From: Hemiscyllium ocellatum
Taxonomy: Eukaryota
Direction of reading: 5' to 3'
DNA: 64,000 nucleotides
NCBI RefSeq assembly: GCF_020745735.1
Contig: NW_026867487.1
Location: forward strand, 3,348,001-3,412,000
A program made the position numbers and the translations under genes. The notes under the pieces were generated by a model. That model saw nothing but the letters and a program-made list of their open reading frames with translations. It ran no database searches and was not told where the DNA came from. This document shows, piece by piece, positions 25,831-38,360 of this stretch; within the stretch, counting starts at the first letter, position 1; each line of letters begins with the position of its first letter.

Positions 25831-25969
25831 GCACGGACGAGTTAGACGAAAAGGTTTTGTTTCCGTGTTTCTGTGTGTATCTGCACGATTCTATGATTCA
25901 AATGTGACCAAGATGGAGCGACCCACCACTGCCCATCAGTAGCCCCTAATAATCTCACGTGTAACTCAT

Positions 25970-26030
25970 TTGTGTTGATTCTATTGAGCATAATGAGTGT
26001 AATCCATTGCAATCGTGCCACTGTCTTCAT
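25970..26030 (-). pseudogene. Orphan type-D leader exon D3
   Basis: MKTVARLQWITLIMLNRINT, donor GT>AT (ATGAGT). Confidence 0.7.
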
Positions 26031-26419
26031 GTTCAATTGACAGGAGTATAACACCGAAATAAGCAACCAGTCTCGTATTCATAGTAGATTTTATCTTTCC
26101 ACTCACGCATTACCCAACAAGCAAAGCCCCGTGACCACTTACACATTACTTGAGTTAAATCTAGGGAACAATAGTCGTGTAAGGAACGAGAGAAACCATT
26201 GTAAAAGTGAAGCCGAAAAGAAGACGAAATTAAAGAGATTAAAGTGATATCTGTGGCTGAGTTCATTGAGGAGAATTCAAACGAAAGAGACAATATAGCT
26301 GTAGCTCAGTCTAAGGATGGAGAGACATCAACAGAGGAAGATGAAGACGACATTATGTGTGCAAAGACGTACATGGAGTTTCATTAATGTGAGATAGTTG
26401 GCATTGATACAGGAGAAAC

Positions 26420-27480
26420 AGCAGGAGGCCAAGGTTGATATGAAGCAAGTGTTTTTCTAATTGATCCATGTTGTTGGATGTGGGCATCGCTGGCTCAACA
26501 GTATTTATTGCCCATCCATAGATGCCCTGGAGAAGCTGGTGATGAACTGCTTTCTTAAACTGCTGCAGTCCACCACTGTGCATTGACCCACACTGCATTA
26601 GGGAGGAAATTCCAGGATTTTGACCAGAGGCAGTGAAGGAAAGGCGATACATTTCCAAGTCAGAATAGTGAGTGGCTTGGAGTGAAACTTGAAGCTGGCG
26701 GTGACTGCACCTATCTGCTGCCTTTGTCTTTCTAGATGGAAGCGGTCATGAGTTTGCAAGATGCTGTCTCAGAATCCTTGGTTAATCCTGCAGGCCATCT
26801 TGCAGACAGTGCACACTACTGCTACTGAGCTACTGAGTGGTGGAGAGAATGGATGTTTGTGAATGCAGTGCCTATCAAACAGGCTATTTTGCCCTGGGTG
26901 GTGTCAAGCTTCTTGAATATTGTTGGTGCGCACCCGTCCAGGAACGTAAAAAAGTGTTCCATCACACTCTTGACTTGCGCTTTGTATATGCTGGAGGGCA
27001 TTAGGGGTATCAGGAAGTGACTTCCTCAGCGGAATATTTTCTTAGCCTCTGACCTGATTTTGCAGCCACTGGCTTCATGTGGCGAGTACAGTTGAGTTTC
27101 TGGTCAATGGGAATGTTCAGGATGTTTGTATTGGGCGATTAAGTGATCACAACACTATTAAATATCAGCGATAGTGCTTGGATTGTCTCTTACTGGTGAT
27201 GGTCAATGCCTACAATTCTGTGGCGCCAATGTTACTTGCTATACACCTAACCAAGATTGGTGCGCTTGGACACGGACTGCTTCAGCATCTGAGGAGTCAC
27301 AATTGGTGCTAAAATTTCTGCATTCGTTCCCAGTTCTGACCTTATGATGGAGGGATGGTCATTGATGGAACAGCTGAGGATAGTTGGTCCGGGGACACTA
27401 GCCTGAGGAAATCCTACCAACATGTGCTGGAGATGAGATGAAGGAACTCCAACAACCACTACCACTCTCCTATGCATCAG
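26420..27480 (-). mobile_element. HER1-like (CR1/L2-group) LINE 3' part; HE1-like SINE fragment follows at ~27500-27620
   Basis: GVPQASVPGPTILSCSINDHPS RT motif; shark LINE-type tail ...AAGAAAGCAGTTCATCACCAGCTTCTCCAGGGC... Confidence 0.7.
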
Positions 27481-27909
27481 GTATGAATCTAATCACCAGA
27501 GAGTTTGCTCATTTACTGCCTCAAAGCTCCAGGGGCACAAATTCGATTCTAGACTCGGGCGACCTTCTGTGCAGAGTTTTTACATTCTCCCCGTGTCTAT
27601 GTCAGCAGCCAGAACACAAAACACGTACAGACAGGAGCTGTACAGACAGCCTCACCATCTCAGCAAAAACAACCTAACAGAAGACCAGCGGTAACTGAAT
27701 GAAAATAAATGTTGAGGAGCTTCTATTTTCAATTTGCAAGTATAACATGAATCATTATTGGTCAGAATTTAGAGTATGTCGATGTTCTAACCAACCTGTT
27801 CAGAGGTGTTGTGCACACGTTTAGTCTAACTGAATCAATAAACCGGATTTTTTTTGGTCAAAAGATCACTCCACATCCGTAACCACTAAGAATTCCAAGT
27901 GCAACTCAC

Positions 27910-27970
27910 CTGCATTGATTTTATTCAGGATAATGAAGATTATCAATATTAAAAGTGCCTCCACCTTCAC
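27910..27970 (-). pseudogene. Orphan type-D leader exon D4
   Basis: GTG(M)KVEALLILIIFIILNKINA, intact donor GCAG|GTGAGT, upstream CACTTCC at 28043-28049. Confidence 0.75.
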
Positions 27971-28538
27971 GTCCTTTTGACAGGAGTACAATACCGAAAC
28001 CAACAGTGGCTATTCTCTTCATAGGAGAGGCAGATCCGAGCAGGAAGTGCAGTGATTATACTTTCGCCTTCACATTAACTGAAATGTAAATACTCAGGAC
28101 TTCTCACCCGCCATATTAGAAATACCGAAGTAGACCAGCAGAGCGAGTAAAGAGAGTAAACACTGTGAAAATGCAGCTGCAAAGAGACTTTTCAATTGAG
28201 GATAAAGACACCAACATGTCCTTCTTCACATTTCCATTATGGTCTCTTCAATCATAATGAAGCTGGGTTCACTGGGGTGAATTCTCCTCACTCTCTAACA
28301 GATCACATCAGGGTGTTGATTTGAATGGAAGTGCTCAAATCTGAATCTGTTCTGTGTTAATGAGAGCGCTCAGAGAATTTGGTTTATTTTCCCTGCGGCT
28401 CTAGGAAATAACTGTGTGACAGTTTAACCCGAGGTAAATTTGGTTTCCTCTTGATGCGTGTTTGAATATTTAACAGTACATTGCATCAGCCCTCCAGTTG
28501 CACAAACGCTAATAGAAAGCCAATCTATGATTCGAAGA

Positions 28539-28577
28539 AGTTTTTGTACAGGAGTAAGACTGCTTATCATCACTGTG
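28539..28577 (-). other. Canonical 23-RSS
   Basis: CACAGTG-23-ACAAAAACT. Confidence 0.95.
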
Positions 28578-29026
28578 CTGTCACTGAAAGCGCAGTAATA
28601 CACCGCAACGTCAGACAGCCGTAGCCTGGCGATAGTCAAACTGGTGAATTTATTTGAGGTCTGAAGTTCCATAGAGAAACGATCTTGCACAAAATTTGCT
28701 TTATGATTTCTTCCAGCATTACCTTTCAACAAAATAAATTCGGGCTGTGAGCCTTGGTGCTGTCGGTACCAGAACAATGTATAGTAGCTCGATGTAGTAT
28801 CATAGGTACAGGTTAGTGTTACCGCATCTCCTTCTGTCCGAACGTCTGAAGGGAGTGACTGAGTGACAGAATCTCCGCGACTCAGGTCTGAAAGGGAAAA
28901 CAAATGTAAACTGTCACGCCAAGCTCAGATAAAACTATGAATTAATTAATGAATGTGAAATGCATTTCCTCCATGTTTACCTGTTAGAATTGCGCCCCAC
29001 ACAAACCACATGGTTAGTAGCCGCAT
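28578..29026 (-). CDS. TRAV/TRDV: Intact family A TCR V segment (leader 28981-29026, V exon 28578-28887)
   Basis: MRLLTMWFVWGAILT-DLSRGDSVTQSLPSDVRTEGDAVTLTCTYDTTSSYYTLFWYRQHQGSQPEFILLK...DRFSMELQTSNKFTSLTIARLRLSDVAVYYCAFSD; GT-AG intron. Confidence 0.93.
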
Positions 29027-29938
29027 TGTCACTATCCTCTGTGCATCAGGACAGCTCGGATGTTTAAAGGCACTCATTATATTAACCCTGCTCCCATGTA
29101 AAATGCTGACGTGTCTCTGAATGTTCGCACCTCACTGGTTTATGTGAATTGTGATGCTGTGTGGGTTGGAGGAAGTGAGCTGACTCTCAGTGAATTGACA
29201 CATCCTGAGATGGGTGAAAGTCATGGCACCGAAGGTTCTGACAGATTATGGTCTATCTTCGATAAGCTCTCCCCAGACTCAGGGAATCGTTTACTCTCAA
29301 ATTACTTTGCAGTGCCCCATATCCTCAAATGACGCCAACATTTGTTTGTAACATTTTTGCGGGGGAGGGGGTGAGAAAAAATACCCACGCTACTCCTAGA
29401 TTTCCACTGTACATGTTCTGTCCCCCCTTAGCTCACAAATCTTCAACTGCCCGGCTTCTACATCACTGAAACCAATCTCAACCTTATCCAACAGCATCTT
29501 TGTTATCACTTTAGCTGAATTCACCCTTGATTCGGCTTCACTTGCTGCTTCTCAGCCCTTAGGTTCATCTTTAACATTTTCTCCCTGTGTTAGTATCCTT
29601 GCATCATTCGTCACTCAGCTCAGTTTCGCATTCCTTCTCACCCTCTGCAGGTGTTTTCTGACTTACTGAAAACAGAAACCTCACACAGTAGGACCTGCTG
29701 CATATCTGAGTAATTTTACAGTTGCTGTCTTTGGTTCATGCACTGTGTCTGTGTCCATCTGTGTGTGAATGCATATATGCGTGTGCGTGAAAGAGAGAGA
29801 GAGTTAGAGAAAGGCAGACAGCGAGAGACTTTATAAGATTGCTCAGCGAACTCTCTGGCAATCGGAGGTCCTTGCCAGGCCTTTGTTAGAATCAAAGCCT
29901 ACCTTCGTTGCACGTCAACTTACCTTGAAATGATGCCA

Positions 29939-29972
29939 TGTCACTCTCTGCTGGCGGCTAGGAGTTACTACA
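29939..29972 (-). promoter_or_regulatory. CTCF-like element ~0.9 kb upstream of the 29-kb V
   Basis: TGTAGTAAC-tccta-gccgCCAGCAGAGAGTGACA. Confidence 0.55.
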
Positions 29973-30594
29973 ACTGCGACCAGCGGTAGGGCAGCAACAG
30001 ACATCGTCATTCAATCTGACAGAAGCGTGATAGAGCATGCATAGATAAATAGGGTCAGTGTGGTTATGAGGAAAGTGGTCACTGTGAAAATTACAGAATG
30101 GCCAATCTGGGGATCACAAAGATGATGATTCTGGAACAAAAACAGACGTGTTTAAGGTATGGATTACATGCTCTCCTAATCCAGTCCTCTTTGGACTTTA
30201 TATACCTCAATTCAGTGACGTGTCAATCTTGCAACCTCCAGAGCGTCCACCGCCAGGCTCTACACTCTTCCTATCTCTACCTCAGTCTTGTGCATATTTA
30301 GCACAAAACTCTGTCATAAATAATTCCACAGATTCTTCCTTATTTGAGAGAAGATATATCTCCTCATTTCCATCTTCAATGTGTGATCTCTCATTCTGCG
30401 AGAGTGCCACTGCTCCGAGACTCTCCATCAGTGCAACAACCTTTCCGTACCCACTCTGTCAATTTTTCATTCCACACATCGAGAGCATGCAAGAATGTGA
30501 GCCTGCTGATACAAATCAGGACACGACCACAACGTCACAAGATCTCTCCATGATGTTTGGATAGAAATAGATGAATTAAGCTGACATTGATAAA

Positions 30595-33500
30595 CAGAAA
30601 GCATAGAACATAGAGCAATACAGTGTAGAACATGCCCTTTGGCCCTCGATGTTTTAGAAACCTGTGAACTAATGTAAGTCCATCCTCTGACACTATCCCA
30701 TCATCATCTATGTGCTAATTCTAGGATTGTTTAAATGCCCTAATGTGACGAGTTAACTAGATTGGCAGGCAGAGCGTTCCACGTCCTTATTATTGTCTGA
30801 GTAGACAATCTGCCTCTGACATTTATCTTAAATGTATCAACCTTCAATTTGGAGCTATGCGTCCACATACAAGCTGACTTCATCATCCTAGGAAAAAGAC
30901 GTTCACGATCAACCCTATCTAATCTCTGATTACCTTGTACATCTCTATCAAATCCCCTCTTAGCCTTTTTCTCTGCAAAGAGAACAGACCCAAGTCTCAG
31001 CCTTTCCTCATAAGACTGTCTCTCCAGACCAAACAACATCCTGGTAAATCTCCTTTTCCCCTTTTCCAATGCTTCCACATCCTTCCTGTAATGGGGCGAA
31101 CAGAAATGTACACAATATTCCAAGTGCGGCTGTATTAACATTTTATATAGTTGCAGCATGACATTGCGATTCCAGAACACAATCTCTCGACCAATAAAAT
31201 CAAACAGATTGTATGCCTTCTTAACAGCACTATCAACCTGTGTCTCAGTTTTCAGGGATCTATGTACACGACTCCAAGTTCTCTCTGCACATCAACGCTA
31301 CGAAAAGTCTTGCCATGGATCCAGTATTGTGCCTTCCTGTTATTCTTCCCGAAGTGAATCACCTCACATTTGTCTGCATTGAAATTCACTTGCCAGCTCT
31401 CTGCACATTTCTGTGGTTCAGCCAATGCCCCTTGCGACCTGTAACATTCTTCCACACTGTCCACTTCTCCACCGACTTTAGTGTCATCTGCAAACTTACT
31501 TACCAATACATCTATATCAGCATCCAAATCTATATAAAAATGGCAAACAGCAATGGTCCCAAAACAGATCCTTGTGGCACATCACTAGTAACCGATCACC
31601 AGACTGAAAATTTTCCATCAACCACCACTCGCTGTCTTCTTACAGAAAGTCAGTTTCTAATCCAAACTGCTGAATCAAAATCAACTCCATGCTTCTGCAT
31701 TTTCTCCAACAGCCTACCATGTGGAACCTTATCAAAAACACTTTACCGAAGTCCATGTATGCCATGTTCCTGAAGAAGCGCTCATGCCTGAAACGTCGAT
31801 TTTCCTGCTGTTTGGATGCTGCATGACCTGCTGCGCTTTTCCAGCAACACATTTTCAGCTCTGATCTCCAGCATATGCAATCCTCACTTTCACCTCCATG
31901 TATGCCACGTCAAAATCGTTACCCTCATCCACATGTTTCCTCACCTTCTCAGAAAACTCAATGAGGTTTGTGAGACATGACTGCCCTTGACGAAACCTTG
32001 TTGACTATCTGCAATCAAATTGTTGCTTGCAAGATGATTATAAACTCTATCTCTTATCAGCCTTTCCAAAACGTTTTCTATAATATATGTAAGTCTCAGT
32101 CGTCTATAATTACCTGGGTCATTTCTACTTCCCTTTTTGAACAGGGGCACAACATTTTTAATCCTCCAGTCTTCTGGCACTAAATCTCTAGACAATGACG
32201 AATCAATGATCAAGGCCAAGACTCCAATATCACCTCCCCATCTTCCCAGAGAATCCTTTGATAAATCTCATCCGGCGCAGTGGACTTGTCTAATTGTACC
32301 CCTTCCGGAATTGAGAACACCTCCTCCTTGCTAATCTCGATCCTTTCTAGTCTAAACCCCTATCTCATTCTTCTCCTCTACAATATTCTCCTTTTCCTGA
32401 GTGAAAACAGTTGAGAACTATTCGTTTAACACCTCTCCCGATCTTTGCAGAGTCCACATACAGTTTCCCACTTCTGTCCTTGGCTGGCCTTATTCCTACT
32501 CTAGACATCCTTTTATTCCTCATTTACCTATAGAAAGCTTTAGGACTCTCCTTTATTCTACCTGCTAAAGACTGCACATACCCTCTCCTCGCTTTTCTTA
32601 ACTTTCTCTTTAAATCATTCCTAGCTAATCTGTAACTCTCCATCGCCTCATCTGAACCATCTCGTGTCAACGTCACATTTGCCTCCTTCCGCTTAAGAAG
32701 AGTTAAATTTCTTTAGTAAACACGGTTACCATTCTTTATGACTTGCTTCCTGCCTGACAGGGACATACCTATCAAGGACACACAATATATGTTCCTTAAA
32801 CCAGCTCTACGTTTCGATTGCCTCCATCCCGTGCATTTTGCTACCCCATTCCATGCATCCTAAGTCTTGCCAAATCGCATTCTAATTGCCCTTCCCCCAT
32901 CTCTAACTCTTGCCCTTTGGCATGTATTTATCCCTTTACATCGCTAAACTAAACGTAACCGAATTATGGTCACGCTCTCTAAAGTGCTCACCTACCAGTA
33001 AATCAAACTGATGGCCTGGCTCATGATCAAACACCAGATCCAATGTGCCCTTCCCTCTTGTCGGACCTTCCACATGCTGTGTCAGGAAACATTGGAAAAA
33101 AACTGATCCATCCGACACACTAGATGTATGGCATTTCCAGTCAATGTTAGGGAAGTTAATCTCCCCCATAACGACTATTCTGTTCCTTTCATTCCTAACC
33201 AGAAACGTTTAGGCGATCCTCTCCTCCATACCCCCCCGACTCTCATCCTCCTGTGCACTGGAACTACATCCATTCCTCTGCTGAGCTAGTTCAAACCCAC
33301 CCGAATGTTAACAGCAAATTTCCCACCAAAGTTATTGGCAACCCTCTCTTCCAAGAGAAGACCGCCCTGTTTGCAAATGCCTCAGCTTCCCCAGAATGAG
33401 TTCCAAATATCCGTGTACCTGAAACCCCACCTCCTGCACCATCCTGCAGCCACGTGTTCAGCTGATATCTCTCCCGATTCCTTACCTCGTTATAACATGG

Positions 33501-34250
33501 CACCAGTAACAAATCAGAGATAACAACTCTGTGTATTCTAGTTCTCAGCTTCCACTCTCGCTCCCTGAAATGCTGCCTTACATCCCTATCCCTCCTTCTA
33601 ACTTCGTCGTTGTACCTACGTGGACAAAGATTTGGGACTGGTCACCTTCTCAATTCAGGACCTGAAAAACACGATCTGAGACATCACAGACCCTGGCACC
33701 TGAGAGACAACACACCAACCCTGAGTCACGTTCGTTCCCAATAACACTTCTCTCTGAACCTCTAACTATTGAGTCCCCAATGAATCTCCTCATTGCCCAC
33801 CTTCTCTTTTCTGCAACAGGGACAGATTATGTGCCAGTGACATGCACCCCACCGCATGCCTTGGTATGTTTTTCCCCCTCCGACCCTCGAAATATCCAAA
33901 ACAGTATATTTGTTTATCAGGAGAAAGACCACAGGGGATTCCAGCACTGATTTCTTTTTCCACCTTCGAACAGTCACCCAGCTTTCTTCATGCCTGGGAA
34001 TCACTACTTCGCTTTAAGTCTTCTCTATCACAGCCTCTGCCTCTCGAATGGACCAAAGTTCTTCCGGCTCCCGCTCCAGTTCCCTGACGCGGTCTTGGAA
34101 GAGCGAGAGTTGTGTACCCTTCTTGCAGATGTACTTGGATGGGGCACTAATGGCGTCCCTCACCTCAAACATCATGCAGGACGATCATTTCGAATCCAAA
34201 AGTGGAAAGGAATGTCTATTAATGGTCATGAACAGATGAAGAATCTGATC
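30595..34250 (-). mobile_element. Long decayed CR1-type LINE with a Penelope-type terminal fragment at ~31765-31895
   Basis: GEINFPNIDW endonuclease-like motif, PEDWRIKNVVPLFKKG, SKFADDTK, PHLEYCVHF in successive frames. Confidence 0.85.
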
Positions 34251-34689
34251 TAGTTTTCCAGCATTGGGGAGACAGCTGATGTACAAGTTTTCCTTTAGGG
34301 AGATATAACTTTGACTCTGTCTTAAGGATTAGCTTCGTCACATTGCAAGATCTGTCCAATGTGCCCAGTGCATCCCTGATTCAAAAACTAACCTTCAACA
34401 AACGCACCTTCTAACCAACCTGTGGATTGCTCCTCCAAGAATCTGACAGGCGAGATGTGGAAAGGTCGACTCAGAATGAAAGTAGTGTGAAACAAGAGAA
34501 ACAAAGAACAAAATAAACGTGAGAATGTCTGCAGTGAATTTATGAATCTCAGCTGCTCATACGAGTTGAGACCAGTAAATGCTGCACATTGTCGCTGTAT
34601 GTGCGTTGTTGATACTGTACGTGTGAGTTGTGCTGCATGTTGCTATCGTCTCTCTGATTGAATCACTGATTAATTTGACCTTCTTCTTG

Positions 34690-34722
34690 TGCAGTAACGG
34701 ACATTTGCCTGCAGACAGTGGA
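34690..34722 (+). promoter_or_regulatory. CTCF-like element upstream of the 35.2-kb B leader
   Basis: TGCAGTAAC-ggaca-tttgCCTGCAGACAGTGGA. Confidence 0.5.
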
Positions 34723-35227
34723 ATTATACCGAGTTGAAGAGGAAGGAGTGAACCAAGGAAAATACTTTGTGTTTTCCTTTAATCTACACATTCACTTTCA
34801 CCCCTCTACTCAATTTATAACAAAAGGCGACAGCCATCTGCCTCTGCGTTGACAGGACATCCTTGATAAAACTCCCTAGATGAACGTTTCTAAACATTTG
34901 AATGCGTTTCCCATCAGACAATAAGATCGACAGAACAACACACAGCAGAACACGTCGAAACACACGCATAAAAGTATCAAATCAAATATGCGCAACAAAA
35001 TGTTCTTATACACTCACACGTGAACATATACACACAAACACATACACGTGCACACATTTGCACTAATACGTGCATGTGATGATTCAAATAGTCGAAATCC
35101 CAGGACAATGCATTTTGGTTAGTTTGATCGTCAAAATGTATAAACAGCACTTCCTGCACTGGCCATTTCTGCACTGTAAAGCAGAAAGCCGCTATTTATT
35201 TCGGTGTTTTACTTCTGAAAATAAGGC

Positions 35228-35285
35228 ATGAAAATGCGGGTGCAATTATCATTGATTATCCAGAATGTGAAAGCAATCATCCCAC
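35228..35285 (+). pseudogene. Orphan family-B leader exon (open), B V exon missing
   Basis: MKMRVQLSLIIQNVKAIIP, 58 nt, donor GTTAGT; CACTTCC at 35148-35154. Confidence 0.7.
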
Positions 35286-35658
35286 GTTAGTTATATTTTT
35301 GATTCTCATCGTCAGACGTCATGTGGTCTTTTCATATTTTCAGTTTGAGACAGGGTAATTACTCAATTATTACTTTATGACTGAGTCTCAGGACGCAAGT
35401 GAAGGAAAAAAAATTGCTGGCATCTTGCAAACGAATGCATACATACATGTGGAAGGACAAGGGCAACAGAGAAATAGGCAAAATGTCAATGGGAAGTTCC
35501 CCTCCAATCACGCACCATCCTGACTTAGAAATGTATCACCCGTCCTTCAGTATCAGCACATGAATATTCTGCCTTTTCTTCCTTTCCAATATCCTGTCTA
35601 CCTCCACACCAAGTGATGCAGCCATTTGAAACAACAGTTCACCACCACCTCTTGCAGG

Positions 35659-35995
35659 GGCATGCGGGTTGGGCGACATAGTGGCTCAGTGGTTAGCTCT
35701 GAAGCCTCACAGTGCCAGTAAGCTGCCTTTGATTCCAGCCTCATGCAACTGTCTGTGTGGAGTTTGCGTTTTCTCCCTATGGCTGTGCAGGTTTCCTCCG
35801 GATACTCCGGTTTCCTCCCATAATCCCAAGATGTGCAGGATTGAAGAATTGGCCATGCCAAATTGCCGGTAGTGTTAGGTGTATTAGTCAGGAGAAATGT
35901 AGAGAAATAAGGATATGGGTCTGAGTGGGTTACATTTCATGGGGTCAGCTTGGACTTGCTGGGCCCAAGGGAATGTTTCCAAACTGTAGGGATGC
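35659..35995 (+). mobile_element. tRNA-derived SINE (HE1/V-SINE-like)
   Basis: GTGGCTCAGTGGTTAG A-box-like start; GTTTCCTCC..TACTCCGGTTTCCTCCCA central motif. Confidence 0.85.
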
Positions 35996-36188
35996 CAAGT
36001 TCTAAGTACTGCATCAGTCAGAGGAGATCACGTGGTCCAAGTGTACAAATCAAGCAGTAGATAATATTATCTTTAGGGGATAAAGTTGATATACTTTTTC
36101 AATCTCTATTGGTATGATGGCATTTTACTGTGGGTGGGGCGTATATAATAGGTGTCCTCAAATATCCATTATGCAGAGGATAGCAACA

Positions 36189-36639
36189 ATGCGGTCACTC
36201 GCCAGCTCGGTTCTGTGGGCAGCAAGCCTAACAGGTAATTACAAAGGAAAGCATTTCGCATTTCTTCATCATAGTTTAAACTGAACCCGGTTTTCTCTTT
36301 CAGATCTAAGTCATGGAGATTCTGTCGCTCAGACGTTCGGACAGAAGGACGTGAAGTGACTCTAAGTTGTAACTGTGAAACTACAGTGAGCTACTATGCG
36401 TTATACTGGAACCGACAGCACCCAAACACACAGCCCGAGCTTATTGTGGGGAAGGGTACTGATTGTTCTGATTATAAAGCAAATATACGTAATATCATTT
36501 CTATATGGAACTTCAAACCTCAAAGAAATTTATCAGTTTGACTGTAAACTGGCTATGGCTCTTTGAACACTGCCATGTATTACTGCACTTTATTGGATGA
36601 CAGAGTGATACCAAACTGCCTCACCCCTGCAGAAAATTT
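36189..36639 (+). pseudogene. Family A V pseudogene
   Basis: Leader 36189-36234 intact; 13-nt FR1 deletion gives an early stop; further frameshifts; RSS cagagtg-23-agaaaattt. Confidence 0.9.
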
Positions 36640-37204
36640 CCCTGAACCATAATTTTGCTTTTTTATCTGTTGGACTTGGCTTGATTCACAGGCTATTGCA
36701 ACGATCTGTTCATACTCATTCAGAGAGGAAACCCAATTAACCCTGATCAAACTGATAGCCATCGGTTTCCTGGAGCTCTAAAAAAAAATAAACTGAAGGC
36801 TCTGAACTCTCACACAGACACAGAAGAGAGTCATGTTTGAACACTCACCTTCAAATTCCCACGGTCAACAATTTCCAGTCATGTGAGTTGTCAAGTGTAA
36901 GCTTAAAGGTAGCTCTTAGTTTCCAAGTTTCGCAGACACTGACGAATTATTCTGGTGTTGATAAATACAAAGGATGCTTGCACATATATATTTCGCTTCA
37001 GACATCCAGCCCTGGAAAAATACAAAGTATTTTTAAGCAAAATTAGTAGGGTTTTAATGAATATTGTTACACTCTTAAGAATCTCAGAGTTCTTACGACA
37101 CAGAGTAAACCCACCTCCACCCCCCCCCGCCACTCCAACTAATGTAAACCTGCAGCACAAAAGTGATTTAACCTGTGCTGTAATCTGTTAAAACTCGAGA
37201 GGCC

Positions 37205-38360
37205 AAAGAACTATGAGAAAGTGAGGACTGCAGATGCTGGAGATCAGAGCTGAAAAATGTGTTGCTGGAAAAGCGCAGCAGGTCAGGTAGCATCCAAGGA
37301 GCAGGAGAATCGACGTTTCGGGCATAAGCCCTTCTTCGGGAATGAGGAAGGTGTGCCAAGCAGACTAAGATAAAAGGTAGGGAGGAGGGACTTGGGGGGA
37401 GCGTTGGGAATGCAATAGGTGGAAGGAAGTTCAGGTGAGGGTGATAGGCCGGAGAGGGGGTGGACGCGGAGAGGTCGGGAAGAAGATTGCAGGTCACGAA
37501 TGTGGTGCTCAGTCTCAGGGTTGGGACTGAGATAAGGTGGACGGAGGGGAAATGAGAAAGCTGGAGAGATCAGCATTCATCCCTTGTGGTTGGAGGGTTC
37601 CCAGGCGGAAGATGAGGCGCTCTTCCTCCAGGCGTCGTGTTGCAATGGTCTTGCGATGGAAGAAGTCCTTGGTGGAGTGGGAGGAGGATTCAAAGCGTTC
37701 CATGGTTGGGTTGGTTGGTGCGGGTGTCCCAGAGGTGTTCTCTGAAATGTTCCACAAGTAGGCGGCCTGTCTCCCCAGTGTAGAGGAGGCCACATCGGGT
37801 GCAGCGAATGCAGTAAATGATGTGTGTGGAGGTGCAGGTGAAGTTGTGACGGATATGAAAGGGTCCCTTGGGGCCTTGGAGGGAAGTGAGGGGGGAGGGG
37901 GTGGTGTGGGCGCAAGTTTTGCATTTCTTGCTGCTGCAGGGGAAGGTGCCAGGAGTGGAGGTTGGGTGGTGGGGGGGGTGTGGACCTGATGAGTGAGTCG
38001 CAGAGGGAGTGGTCTTTCCAGAATGCTGATAGGGGAGGGAAATACATCTATGGTGGTGGGGTCTTTTTGGAGATGGTGGAAATGACTGAGGATGTTACGA
38101 TGTATCTGGAGGTTGGTACTGTGGTAGGTGTGGACCAGTGGGGTTCTGTCCTCGTGGCGACTGGAGGGGCGGGGTTCAAGGGCGGAGGAGCGGAAAGTGG
38201 AGGAGATGCGGTGGAGACCATTGTCAACCACGTCTGAGGGGAAAGTGCAGTCTTTGAAGAAGGAGGCCATCTGGGTTGTTCAGTATTGGAATTGGTCCTC
38301 CTGGGAGCAGATGCGGCGGAGGTGAAGGAATTGGGAATATGTGTGTTACAGTCACTGCAT
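37205..38360 (-). mobile_element. Penelope-like element remnant with terminal repeat
   Basis: ORF ending RRLEEERLIFRLGTLQPQGMN; GAAGGGCTTATGCCCGAAACGTCGATTCTCC terminal sequence. Confidence 0.85.

Larger units (their letters stand above)
25185..27607 (+). repeat. Left arm of an inverted segmental duplication (partner 61503-64000)
   Basis: Near-identical ORF translations on opposite strands (26353-26658 vs 62501-62800; 25317-25754 vs 63629-63868). Confidence 0.9.

Noticed and set aside
30148-30564. 138-aa ORF as a gene
   Set aside because: No motif or splice structure; lies in decayed repeat-like sequence beside the CR1.
35659-35740. tRNA gene
   Set aside because: tRNA-like head of a SINE; continues into SINE body, no full cloverleaf.
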